Shown here: piece by piece, positions 9,921 through 21,000 of the stretch
Layout of the letters: every line of letters starts with the position of its first letter
Numbering within the stretch: the stretch's first letter is position 1
The notes under the pieces: model-generated
What the model was told of the DNA's origin: nothing
What the model saw: the letters and a program-made list of their open reading frames with translations, nothing else
Database searches by the model: none
Assembly: GCA_963693055.1 (NCBI GenBank)
Contig: OY843751.1
Location: forward strand, 4,064,001-4,128,000
DNA length: 64,000 nt
Reading direction: 5' to 3'
Origin: a bacterium
Lineage (GTDB): Bacteria > Zhuqueibacterota > Zhuqueibacteria > Residuimicrobiales > Krinioviventaceae
Position numbers and translations under genes: made by a program

Positions 9921-10078
9921 TTATTCCCGTCTCACATCTGACGTTTCACCTCTCAACTGACAACTGAATACTGATAGCTTATAGCTGACAGCTTTTCTCG
10001 TAAAAAATAAACATTTCCAATTAACCCCCAAAATCACTAAATTACCCAATAAATACAAATATAATACGAGAGAAAACC

Positions 10079-11074
10079 ATGCCCACCCTTTTGATACAGA
10101 TTGCACCACAGCGCAGTACCCAATATTCCGAACTGGCAAGTCTGCTTGCACCCATTGAAATCCAGCTCTCTCCCCTGGGCAAACAGATTACATTCATTGA
10201 ACCCGTTGAACTGGGGGGACAAACATATCACAAATGCCAGATCGACACCGAACCGGATGAAAATCTTTTACAAGAGCTGGGCAGACTGGCCATGAGCAGT
10301 GCCAGCTTTACCTATTATGATCAAATCGGAGATCAGCAGGGGCCGTTTTTACGTCCGCTTGACACCCAATACCCAACGTTTTTCCCAAAAGACCTGATCA
10401 CAACCCGGCGTTACCAGGGCAAGACCAACGAGCTCTTTACCCAGTTCATGTGCAATATTGCCAGATACAGCAGTGATTTCGCAAACAAACCTTGGACCGA
10501 TCTACGCTTATTTGATCCCCTTGCAGGAGGGGGTACGACAATGTTTGTAGGAATGGTATACGGAGCAGAGACCGCTGGTGTGGAGCAGAATAAAAAAAGC
10601 GCACAAACAACTTCAGTTTTCATAAAACAATATATGAAACAACAAAACATACGTTGTATACTCAAAGAAGAACGCCTGAAAAAGATCAATGCCTACCGGT
10701 GGATATATTCCTTTGGCAGAGATCAGTCAATCCGTTGTTTCCTGGGTAAAGGCGAGATAGACCAATCCGTTCAACTGATATCAGGATTTAAAAAACCGCA
10801 TATGATCGTTGCGGACCTTCCCTACGGTATTCAACACAAGGGCGCATTAAACGATCTGCTTTCGAAAGCCCTCCCTATCTGGAACAATCTGCTGCTTCCG
10901 GGCGGAACACTGGTCTATTCCTGGGACTCTACCCGGTTTACCCGCGAAAAGATGGTTGATCTGGTCAAAAACGTATCGCCATTCCAGGTATTGGAAGGCG
11001 TTCCCTACGAAAACATGGGCCACCGTGTGGACCGTGTCATCAAAAACCGGGATGTGATTGTAGCAAAGGCATAG
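10079..11074 (+). CDS. SAM-dependent amino-methyltransferase (TRM11/RsmB-like Rossmann fold), substrate unknown
   Basis: Motif I FDPLAGGGTT, acidic GVEQN, motif IV VADLPYG. Confidence 0.7.
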   Translation: MPTLLIQIAPQRSTQYSELASLLAPIEIQLSPLGKQITFIEPVELGGQTYHKCQIDTEPDENLLQELGRLAMSSASFTYYDQIGDQQGPFLRPLDTQYPTFFPKDLITTRRYQGKTNELFTQFMCNIARYSSDFANKPWTDLRLFDPLAGGGTTMFVGMVYGAETAGVEQNKKSAQTTSVFIKQYMKQQNIRCILKEERLKKINAYRWIYSFGRDQSIRCFLGKGEIDQSVQLISGFKKPHMIVADLPYGIQHKGALNDLLSKALPIWNNLLLPGGTLVYSWDSTRFTREKMVDLVKNVSPFQVLEGVPYENMGHRVDRVIKNRDVIVAKA

Positions 11075-11150
11075 GGAATTAGATACAATCCTCCTGAGGG
11101 CTCGTGGTTTTTGGGAGGTTATGCTCTGTTTTTTCCAGTACAGAGCACTA

Positions 11151-11267
11151 GTCTGAATTAAAATTCAAACTCAAACAATCCTCTCTAATCAGGGTTATCC
11201 TATAATCCTGTGAATCTGGGTTCAATCCGGGTAATCTGGGTTAATCTTTTTTAATCCGGGTCAAGAT
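11151..11267. repeat. gtctgaat-initiated intergenic repeat with 9-nt-period aatcc(t/g)g tract
   Basis: gtctgaatt...aatcctgtgaatctgggttcaatccgggtaatctgggttaatc; same family as 7699, 31599 and 38861. Confidence 0.55.
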
Positions 11268-11397
11268 TTTATATTGCTTTTTTCTATAAAAATCACTTTA
11301 TTAGTATTCGCTGTAAAGGGGCGGGCCAAAAGAGAAACCTTTCTATTTTTTAAACCAAAATTTCCTGAATCAAAAACTCCAGTATTAGGGGAAAAGC

Positions 11398-14300
11398 GTG
11401 AATACAATAAAATACGTATGCCTGTACATCTTTACATTTATTTCAATAACACTATCTCAAGACATTCAAATTCAATGGGTCAAAAATTTTGATTATGCTT
11501 CTAGCATTGATTTTGCACATGATGGAGGATTTATTTTTCTGGCACGTGATGAAATATACAAGATTGATGATCAAGGCACGGTTAAAGATGTTTGGCCGCT
11601 GGATTCAGAACACGATAACCGACATTTTAGTAATCTCAAAAAGTGTAATGAAGGGTATATAATAATAGGTACTGATGTAATTGAAAGCGGATACCGAGAA
11701 CACGTATTGCTGAAAAAACTTGACAACCAGGGCCGGCTGGTATGGGAAAAATCAGGTTACTCTGGTGGTGAATGTAGTGGTAGACTAGTCAGACAAACAC
11801 GTGACAATGGCTACATTCTTTATTACACTTATTGGAATCCGGCTGATCCACCGGCAAGCGGCCCCGATGACGCTCGGATAATGAAAACGGACCCAAATGG
11901 AGAAGAAGAATGGGATTATGAAATTGGCTCTTTTGAAGGCGGTATCAGAGCATTTCATCAAACCACAGATGATGGTTATATAGTAGCCTATAATGTGTAT
12001 GGAGATTATAATGGCTTGTATGGTAGATTACTCCGGTTAACCGCAGATGGCCGGGAAATATGGAAGAAAAAATATAAAGAGTATTTACAAGACGCTTTAC
12101 CAATAGATGATGGTGGTTTCATTATATGCGGTAACAATTATTCAAAGGATAATCCTGTACGTAACACAGCTTATCTTAGAAAAGTAGATGAAAATGGAGA
12201 TGAAATTTGGAAAAAGACTTTTCATAGTGATATGTCTTATGCCTGGTTTTACAACATAACAAAATTGGAAGACAATAGTTATCTATTATATGGAAATATT
12301 TATGATACATATTCGCAAACAAAAGGCTGGCTGATTAAAACAGATAGTTTAGGTAATAAAATCTGGGAAAAAACATTTACAGAACTTGATAATATAAATC
12401 AAGTTTTAAAAATCTCCAACAATGAATTTCTTTTATTGGGTAAAAAGGATGATTATAAAACGTTAATAAAACTACAAGAAAATACCCAGCAAGATCCCAC
12501 AAGTTTTGCATTAATTGATCCTGTATTTTATAAATTGGGTGTTGGTAAACAACTTGTTCTCGACTGGACCAGCATTGCCAAAGCCTCATCATACCTCGTT
12601 GAATTGGATGATAACATTGACATGTCAAGCCCCCTTATCTCAAAAACGATTACAAACAGTTCAAGTTGTAACATCGATAGTTTGTCATATTCAACACAAT
12701 ATTATTGGAGAGTCAGGGCCCAATTCCCGGATGATTCAGGTCAATGGTCCGGAATTAGCACATTTACAACCATGCTCCCTCCCCACATAGAGTTTAATGG
12801 AAAAGAATACAATATGTCATATATTGATGTTGGTGATCGATACTATACAGACAGAGAGTATATTATAACAGAAATGCCAGATCCATTGAATAATTGTTTA
12901 TGGATCAAAACCCCAAACAGTGAAAAGTATATAACAGATGACAATTATATTCAATTTCAGTTAAAAAGGGATGCAACTATCTATATCGCCTACGACAACC
13001 GCGCCAGCGCTGTCCCATATTGGTTATCATCCGATTTTGAACAAACCGAATATACCATTCAGAATTCTGATGAAGAAAGTAATTTCACTATCTGGAAAGG
13101 CCAATTCTCAGCAGGTGATGTAACATTGGGAGCAAATTCAGCAAGCGGTGCAGAAGGTGTACTAACAAATTATATTGTGTTAATAGATATACCCATCCAA
13201 ATGCTCGACCCCAGGCACAACAAAACCGGGATTGGAAATGATTTATACTTTAGCTGGGAACCATTGGGCAATTACGGGTCTCATGATTTACAAATCAACA
13301 ATACACCTAATATGTCGTCGCCCTTGTATAATATTACTAATATTGGGAATTCCAGGTATCTATTTGAAGGATTGGAGTATAATAAAGACTATTACTGGAG
13401 GATTAAAGCGCATAATCGCAACGATAAGAATGCCTGGTCTCAAATACAAAAATTTCATACAATGAATGAACCTCCAATTGAAATAATATCTTATTATGAT
13501 GGGGATAAATATGTATTATCATGGCTTGAAGAAAATGATCAATACTATGTTGATCGAAATGATATAGTCCTTTCCATCCCCGATCCCTTGAAAAATTTGT
13601 TTTGGATTAAAACAGCAAATGATGATGCACAAAAAGCCTCTAATTATCATCTGCACATTCGATTAAAAAATGAAGCAACCATCTATGTTGGTTTTGATTC
13701 AAGGGCTACTTCCCTGCCCAATTGGGTAACAGATAATTTTAGTAATACCGGCTTGACCATAAAAGTTTCGGATGAAGCAAATGAATTAAATATATGGTCC
13801 AGAAATATTGATAAAGGCTATACCCACTTTGGGGGAAACATGGCAGAAGGTGCTGAAAATATCAAAAGCCATTATGTCGTTTTAATAGATACAAACCAGG
13901 TCCCTCCCCTGTCCGCTCATTTTGGTTCAGATGTAACCTCAGGAGTACTCCCGTTAACCGTTAATTTCGCAGACAGTTCTCAGGGTTATATAACGTCATG
14001 GTTATGGGATTTTGGTGATGGATCGACCTCTATAGAGCAGAATCCCTCACATACCTATGAAAACGCAGGCAGCTACACTGTTAGTTTAACAGTAAGTGGA
14101 CTGGGTGGTTCTGATACCATAACAAAAGAAAATTATATTACCGTAAAAAATGTGATAGCAAATTTCAGTGCGGATGTGACTATGGGAAAAGCACCGCTAA
14201 CCGTAAGTTTCACCGACAGCTCACAGGGTGAAATCGACGCATGGTTATGGAAATTTGGAGACGGACTCACAAGCACGTCGCAAAATCCAACGCATGTATA

Positions 14301-14691
14301 CACATCTGGCGACTCGTTCACCGTATCGCTTTTTGTGCGTGGACCAGGTGGATCAAATACAATTGTCAAATCGAATTATATAATAGTGGATCATCCAACA
14401 TCTATTGACGACATGGCCGGGATACCGGAAAAGTTCGATCTGCTTCCCAACTATCCCAATCCATTTAATCCGCAAACCACCATCCGGTATGCGGTACCGA
14501 AAAGGTCAGTTGTAAATATAACGATATATGATATCAATGGAAAATTAGTAAACAATTTATTCTCCGGAATCAAAAATCCGGGGAATTATGCTATCACATG
14601 GAACGCCTCAGGCTTTTCATCCGGCATGTATTTCATCAAAATGGATACGGATAGCTACTCGTCTGTTAGAAAATGTATACTGGTAAAATAA
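11398..14691 (+). CDS. Secreted multidomain surface protein, array copy 1 (SP, 7-blade beta-propeller, FN3, module X1, FN3, module X2, 2 PKD, T9SS-type-A/FlgD-like CTD)
   Basis: GTG start after TTAGGGG RBS; seven W-x-K...DxxG blades; YYWRVRA and YYWRIKA FN3 motifs; WDFGDG..NPSHTY PKD motifs; NYPNPFNPQTTI...KCILVK CTD. Confidence 0.9.
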   Translation: MNTIKYVCLYIFTFISITLSQDIQIQWVKNFDYASSIDFAHDGGFIFLARDEIYKIDDQGTVKDVWPLDSEHDNRHFSNLKKCNEGYIIIGTDVIESGYREHVLLKKLDNQGRLVWEKSGYSGGECSGRLVRQTRDNGYILYYTYWNPADPPASGPDDARIMKTDPNGEEEWDYEIGSFEGGIRAFHQTTDDGYIVAYNVYGDYNGLYGRLLRLTADGREIWKKKYKEYLQDALPIDDGGFIICGNNYSKDNPVRNTAYLRKVDENGDEIWKKTFHSDMSYAWFYNITKLEDNSYLLYGNIYDTYSQTKGWLIKTDSLGNKIWEKTFTELDNINQVLKISNNEFLLLGKKDDYKTLIKLQENTQQDPTSFALIDPVFYKLGVGKQLVLDWTSIAKASSYLVELDDNIDMSSPLISKTITNSSSCNIDSLSYSTQYYWRVRAQFPDDSGQWSGISTFTTMLPPHIEFNGKEYNMSYIDVGDRYYTDREYIITEMPDPLNNCLWIKTPNSEKYITDDNYIQFQLKRDATIYIAYDNRASAVPYWLSSDFEQTEYTIQNSDEESNFTIWKGQFSAGDVTLGANSASGAEGVLTNYIVLIDIPIQMLDPRHNKTGIGNDLYFSWEPLGNYGSHDLQINNTPNMSSPLYNITNIGNSRYLFEGLEYNKDYYWRIKAHNRNDKNAWSQIQKFHTMNEPPIEIISYYDGDKYVLSWLEENDQYYVDRNDIVLSIPDPLKNLFWIKTANDDAQKASNYHLHIRLKNEATIYVGFDSRATSLPNWVTDNFSNTGLTIKVSDEANELNIWSRNIDKGYTHFGGNMAEGAENIKSHYVVLIDTNQVPPLSAHFGSDVTSGVLPLTVNFADSSQGYITSWLWDFGDGSTSIEQNPSHTYENAGSYTVSLTVSGLGGSDTITKENYITVKNVIANFSADVTMGKAPLTVSFTDSSQGEIDAWLWKFGDGLTSTSQNPTHVYTSGDSFTVSLFVRGPGGSNTIVKSNYIIVDHPTSIDDMAGIPEKFDLLPNYPNPFNPQTTIRYAVPKRSVVNITIYDINGKLVNNLFSGIKNPGNYAITWNASGFSSGMYFIKMDTDSYSSVRKCILVK

Positions 14692-14707
14692 ATTTTAGGG
14701 GAAAACC

Positions 14708-17700
14708 GTGAATAAAATAAAAAATGTATGTCTGTTACTTATTTTAAGCTTTTCAGTAGTAATATCTCAAGACCTCCAAATTCAATGGTCAAAAACATAT
14801 GATTATAAATCCGGACATAACATTGATTTTTCACATGATGGAGGATTTTTTTTCACAAATAGTATTGAAGGGATTGTTAAGATTGATAATCAAGGAGCTG
14901 TGCAAGACGTCTGGCGTCCTGATTCTACATATGTATACTCGGTCTATAATAATGCACAAAAGTGTAATGAAGGATATATAATAATAGGTACAATTAATGA
15001 TGACAAAATCAAGGTAATATTAAAAAAACTTGACAATCAAGGGCGGCAGGAATGGAAAAAATATTTTTCCAGAGAAAATTATATTGATTATGAAGGTGCA
15101 GAAATTCACTTTCAAGACGAAGGTAAAATAGTCAAACAAACACGTGACAATGGTTACATTCTATTGAGTGAAGGACTCGAATCTGACAGTTTTTATTTCG
15201 ACTCTTACATTTGGTTAGTTAAAACAGACCCATACGGCAAAAAAGAATGGGATCATGAAATTGGCGTTGATAGCGGCTACATTAAAGCAATACATCAAAC
15301 ATCGGATGATGGTTATTTAGTAGCATATAACGAATATGACGACTATGATCGCGATTCTGGTATATTGCTCCGGTTAACATCAGATGGACAGAGAATCTGG
15401 AAAAAGGAATATGATGAGTTATTAGAATACGTATTGCCAGCTGATGATGGCGGATTCTTTATTGGCGGTAACATTTATTCAAGGTATAACCTTACACAAA
15501 ATACATCTCAGTTAAAAAAGGTAGACAAAAATGGAGATGAAATTTGGAAAAAGACGTTTCACTATGAATCTGCAGGTTCCCGTTTAAACAGCATGATAAA
15601 ATTGGATGACAATAGCTATTTATCAAGTGGTTACATTTATGATTCAGGTTCGCAATCAACAAAAGGCTGGTTAATCAAAACGGATAGTTTGGGTAATGAA
15701 ATATGGGAAAAAACATTTGTAGAGATTGATAATATAATACAAGCTTTACAAATCTCCCAAAATGAATTTATCTTACTCGGCAACAAGGGAGGCTATACAA
15801 CCATAATTAAAGCAAAAGAATACATACAGCAAGGTTCTACTATACTTGACTTATTAGAACCTGTAAACTATAAAATGGGGGTTGGTACCCAACTGTGTCT
15901 GGATTGGACCATCTATGAAAATGCTTCATCATACCTCATTGAAATTGATGATAACATTGACATGTCTAGCCCCTTCATTTCAAAAACTGTCTCAAGCAAT
16001 TCAAACTGCATCATTAATGGATTATCCTATTCAACACAATATTTCTGGAGGGTCAGGGCCAATTTACCTGATGGATCAGACCATTGGTCTAATACCAGTT
16101 CATTCAAAACAATGCGCGCACCCTCAATCGAGTTCAACCTACCGGAAGGCTATTGCAGTTCATATGTAGATGTTGGCGATCAATATTACACAGACAGAGA
16201 ATATACCATAACAGAACTGCCGGAGCCATTGAAAAATTGTCTGTGGATCAAAACCCAAAACAGCGATAAATATTTAACCGACGATGATTACATTCAATTT
16301 CAGTTAACCAGAGATGCAACCATCTATATCGCCTATGACAATCGTGCAAGCGCTGTCCCCCATTGGTTGTTATCCGGTTTTGAACAAACTGGATATACGA
16401 TTCAGAGTTCTGATGATGAAAGTACCTTTAATATCTGGAAGGGCCGGTTCCCGGCAGGTGATGTAACATTAGGGGCAAATTCGGCAACTGGAGCAGAGGG
16501 TGTGCAAACAAATTATATTGTTCTCATAGATATACCTATCCAAATGCTTGATCCCAGGGACAACAAATCAGGGATTGGAAATGATGTAATCTTTAGCTGG
16601 GAAACACCGGGCAATTTTGGATCATATGATTTACAAATCAGTGAAAATCAGAATATGTCGTCACCATTACAAAATATTAACAACATATTGAGTCCGAGGT
16701 ATCTATTAAAAGGATTGGATTATAATAAAGACTATTACTGGAGGGTCAAAGCGCACAATCGTAATGATGAGAACGCTTGGCACGAGACACAAAGAATCCA
16801 TACGATGGATTACCCGAAAGTTAGTATTTATTATAATAGAGATAACCAAGTATTAGCCTGGATTGAAGAAAATGATCAATACTATATTGACTGTAATGAT
16901 GTGGTCATTTCCATCCCGGATCAGTTGAAAAATTTATTATGGATTAAAACAGCAAATAATAAAGCAACATTAGAATATGATAGTTTTGAAATTCACCTGG
17001 GGAATAAAGCAACTATCTATGTTGGATTTGATTCAAGGGCCACATCCCTGCCCAACTGGGTAACTGACAATTATAGAAATACCGGCTTGACCATAAAAGT
17101 TTCGGATGAAGCAAATGAATTAAATATATGGTCCAGAAATGTTGATAAAGGCTCTGTCTACATGAGTACAATCATGGCAGAAGGCGCTGAAAACATCAAA
17201 AGCAATTATGTCGTTTTAATAGATACCAACCAGGTACAACCTCTTTTAGCTGATTTTGGTTCAGATGTAACAACGGGAGTGCTACCGTTAACCGTTAATT
17301 TGGCAGACAGTTCTAAGGGTTTTATAACATCATGGTTTTGGGATTTTGGTGATGGAACGACCTCTACAGAAAAAAATCCCTCCCACACCTTTAAAAACTC
17401 GGGAAACTATACGGTGAGTTTGACAATAAACGGTCCGGACAGTTCTGATACTATCATGAAAGAAAATTACATTTCAGTTAAAAATGTGATTGGAAATTTC
17501 AGTGCGGATGTGACTATGGGACAAGCTCCACTCACTGTGAGTTTTACCGACAGCTCGCTGGGCGAAATTGATGCATGGTTATGGAAGTTTGGAGACGGAC
17601 TCACAAGCACAGCGCAAAATCCATCGCACGTTTACACCTCTGGCGACTCATTCACCGTATCGCTGTTCGTGCGCGGACCCGGTGGATCAAATACAATTGT

Positions 17701-18025
17701 CAAAACTAATTTCATTATTGTAGACCACCCCACATCCATAAATGACATGGCCGGGATACCGGATAAATTCGATTTACTACCCAATTACCCCAATCCATTT
17801 AATCCGCAAACTACGATACGTTTTGCGGTACCGAAGAAATCATTTGTTAAAATTACAATATTTGATATAAACGGAAAACTGGTCCAGAACTTATTTTCCG
17901 GCACCAAAAATCCGGGGCATTATGCCATCACATGGAACGCCTCAGGCTTTTCATCCGGCATGTATTTCATCAAAATGGATACGGATAGCTACTCGTCTGT
18001 TAGAAAATGTATACTGGTAAAATAA
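14708..18025 (+). CDS. Secreted multidomain surface protein, array copy 2
   Basis: Same architecture as copy 1; 16-nt spacer containing TTAGGGGAAAACC-GTG. Confidence 0.9.
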   Translation: MNKIKNVCLLLILSFSVVISQDLQIQWSKTYDYKSGHNIDFSHDGGFFFTNSIEGIVKIDNQGAVQDVWRPDSTYVYSVYNNAQKCNEGYIIIGTINDDKIKVILKKLDNQGRQEWKKYFSRENYIDYEGAEIHFQDEGKIVKQTRDNGYILLSEGLESDSFYFDSYIWLVKTDPYGKKEWDHEIGVDSGYIKAIHQTSDDGYLVAYNEYDDYDRDSGILLRLTSDGQRIWKKEYDELLEYVLPADDGGFFIGGNIYSRYNLTQNTSQLKKVDKNGDEIWKKTFHYESAGSRLNSMIKLDDNSYLSSGYIYDSGSQSTKGWLIKTDSLGNEIWEKTFVEIDNIIQALQISQNEFILLGNKGGYTTIIKAKEYIQQGSTILDLLEPVNYKMGVGTQLCLDWTIYENASSYLIEIDDNIDMSSPFISKTVSSNSNCIINGLSYSTQYFWRVRANLPDGSDHWSNTSSFKTMRAPSIEFNLPEGYCSSYVDVGDQYYTDREYTITELPEPLKNCLWIKTQNSDKYLTDDDYIQFQLTRDATIYIAYDNRASAVPHWLLSGFEQTGYTIQSSDDESTFNIWKGRFPAGDVTLGANSATGAEGVQTNYIVLIDIPIQMLDPRDNKSGIGNDVIFSWETPGNFGSYDLQISENQNMSSPLQNINNILSPRYLLKGLDYNKDYYWRVKAHNRNDENAWHETQRIHTMDYPKVSIYYNRDNQVLAWIEENDQYYIDCNDVVISIPDQLKNLLWIKTANNKATLEYDSFEIHLGNKATIYVGFDSRATSLPNWVTDNYRNTGLTIKVSDEANELNIWSRNVDKGSVYMSTIMAEGAENIKSNYVVLIDTNQVQPLLADFGSDVTTGVLPLTVNLADSSKGFITSWFWDFGDGTTSTEKNPSHTFKNSGNYTVSLTINGPDSSDTIMKENYISVKNVIGNFSADVTMGQAPLTVSFTDSSLGEIDAWLWKFGDGLTSTAQNPSHVYTSGDSFTVSLFVRGPGGSNTIVKTNFIIVDHPTSINDMAGIPDKFDLLPNYPNPFNPQTTIRFAVPKKSFVKITIFDINGKLVQNLFSGTKNPGHYAITWNASGFSSGMYFIKMDTDSYSSVRKCILVK

Positions 18026-18041
18026 ATTTTAGGGGAAAACC

Positions 18042-21000
18042 GTGAATAAAATAAAAAATGTATGTCTGTTACTTATTTTAAGCTTTTCAGTAGTAATATC
18101 TCAAGACCTTCAAATTCAATGGGCAAAGACATATGATTATGAATCTGGTATTTACATGAACATTGATTTTGCACATGATGGAGGATTTGTTTTCACAACA
18201 TATGACGATAAAACTATTGTCAAGATTGACAAGCATGGTATTGTTCAGGAAGACTGGCCGCTGGATATTGGAAAAATTCCCATCTATGGTTATCTACAAA
18301 AGTGCAATGAAGGATATATATTAATAAGCACTGTTCGTCATGAAGGCAAATTAAAGGCATTACTGAAAAAACTTGACAATCAGGGTCGTCTGGAATGGGA
18401 AAAATACTATTACGAAGATGATCATGGTGAAGTTAGTGTCTGGAACTCGGGTGAATTTGTTAAACAAACACAAGACGAGGGTTACATTCTTTTTTGTACT
18501 TCAAACAATAATGCTGATCCATCCGGTTCCCGCTTGAGCTTTTGGTTTATTAAAACAGACCCCTATGGAGAAATCGAGTGGGAAAGTGGGGCCTGTGGTG
18601 ATTTTTATGGATCAAATACATCTATAGATGTACATCAATTATCTGACGGTGGTTATATTTTCGCATATAACAACGATGATGGCGGCTTGACCCGGCTATC
18701 ACCAGACGGTCAGGATATCTGGGAAAAAAGATATGACCAATATATAAAATACGTTTTACCAGCAGATAATGGTGGTTTCTTTATTGGCGGTAATTATTAT
18801 TTATCAGATGCTAATACACAAGGTACCGTCTATTTAAAAAAGGTTGACGAAAATGGAGATGAAATTTGGATTAAGACTTTTCAAAATGACTCGAAAGCTT
18901 TATATACAAAAAACATGATACTGTTGGATGACAATAGCTGTCTGTTGTGTGGAAGCGGTGCTGAACCAGGTTCGTATACATCAAATGGTTGGATAATCAA
19001 AGCTGACAGTTTAGGTAATAAAATCTGGGAAAAAAATTTCCCAGAAATTAATAACATAAATCAAGTTTTAAAAGTATCCGAAAATGAATTTCTAGTATTC
19101 GGTGAAAAAGATGATCGGGTAACCATAATAAAACTACAAAAAAACGACCCCAACGATCCCACAAAACTTGAATTATTGGATCCGGTAAACCATAAATTAG
19201 GGGTAGGCAATCAACTCTGTCTGGACTGGACCAGCGTGGCCAATGCTTCATCATATCTCGTTGAATTAGATGATGACAGTGACATGTCAAGCCCCCTCAT
19301 TTCAAAAACAGTTTCAAACAGTTCAAGTTGTATTATAAGCGACCTTGCATACTCCACGCAGTATTATTGGAGAGTCAGGGCCCAATTCCCGGAAGGCCCG
19401 GGTAACTGGTATGGTATTAACACATTTACAACCATGCTCCCTCCACACATGGAATTTAGTGAACAGGAAGGTTACTACTTGTCATATGTAGATGTTGGTG
19501 ATCAATATTATACAGACAGAGATTACACAATAACAGAACTGCCAGATCAATTTAAAAATTGTATATGGATCAAAACCCTGGATAGTGAAAAATATTTAAC
19601 AGATGACAATTACATTCAATTTCAGTTAAAAAGAGACGCAACCGTCTATATTGCCTATGACAACCGGGCAAGCTCTGTTCCCCAGTGGTTGTCATCCAGG
19701 TTTGAACAAACCGAATACACCATACAGAATTCTGATGAAGAAAGTAATTTCACTGTCTGGAAAGGCCAATTCACAGCAGGTGATGTCACATTAGGAGCCA
19801 ATTCAGCAAGCGGCGCAGAGGGTGTACTCGCCAATTATGTTGCATTCATAGATATCCCACTTCAAATGCTTGATCCCAGGGACAACAAATCCGGAGTGGG
19901 AAAAGATTTAAGCTTTAGCTGGGAAGCGATAGGAAATTTCGAAAATTACGATCTGCAAATCAGCGAGAATCAGGACATGTCAAGTCCCTTATCTTATATT
20001 ACCAACATAAAGTATACCCGCTATATTTTAAGAGATCTGGATTATAATAAAGACTATTACTGGAGGATCAAAGCTCACAATTGCAACGATGAAAATTCAT
20101 GGTACCAGACACAAAAGTTCCATACTATGGATGAACCTATAGTTAAATTGAGTGAATATGAATATTATATATTATCCTGGCTCGAAGAAAATGATCAATA
20201 TTATATTAACCAAAATGATGTAATTCTTTCCATTCCAGACCAGTTAAAAGGTTTACTGTGGGTCAAAACTGCAAATAATGATTTAGCCTTGGAATATGAT
20301 TCATTTTATATTCACCCGGAGAAAGAAGTAACTATTTATGTCGGTTTTGATTCAAGGGCCACCTCACTTCCAAACTGGGTAACAGACGACTTTAAAAACA
20401 CGGGGTTAACCATAACTGTTTCTGATTCAGCAAATGAATTAAATATATGGACCAGAAATTTAAACAAAAGCATATTTTCCTTTGGCGAATGCTGGGCAGA
20501 AGGCGCTGAAAACATTAAAAGCCAGTATGTCGTTTTAATAGACACCAACCAGGTACAACCTCTTTCAGCAAATTTCGGTTCAGATGTAACATCAGGAGTA
20601 TTCCCGTTGACTGTTAACTTTTCAGACAGTTCTCAAGGCCTTATCACATCATGGTTATGGGATTTTGGTGATGGCGCAACCTCCACTGAAAAGAATCCCT
20701 CCCACACCTATGAAAACTCGGGAAACTATTCGGTGAGGTTAACAGTACACACACCCGACAGCTCTGACACGATTATAAAAGAAAATTACATTACAGTTAA
20801 AAATGTGATAGCAAATTTCAGTGCAGATGTGACTATGGGAAAAGCACCGCTAACCGTGAGTTTTACAGACAATTCACTGGGTGAAATTGACGCATGGTTA
20901 TGGAAATTTGGAGACGGACTCACAAGCACAGAGCAAAATCCAACGCACGTGTACACATCCGGCGACTCGTTCACAGTGTCGCTTTTTGTGCGCGGCCCCA

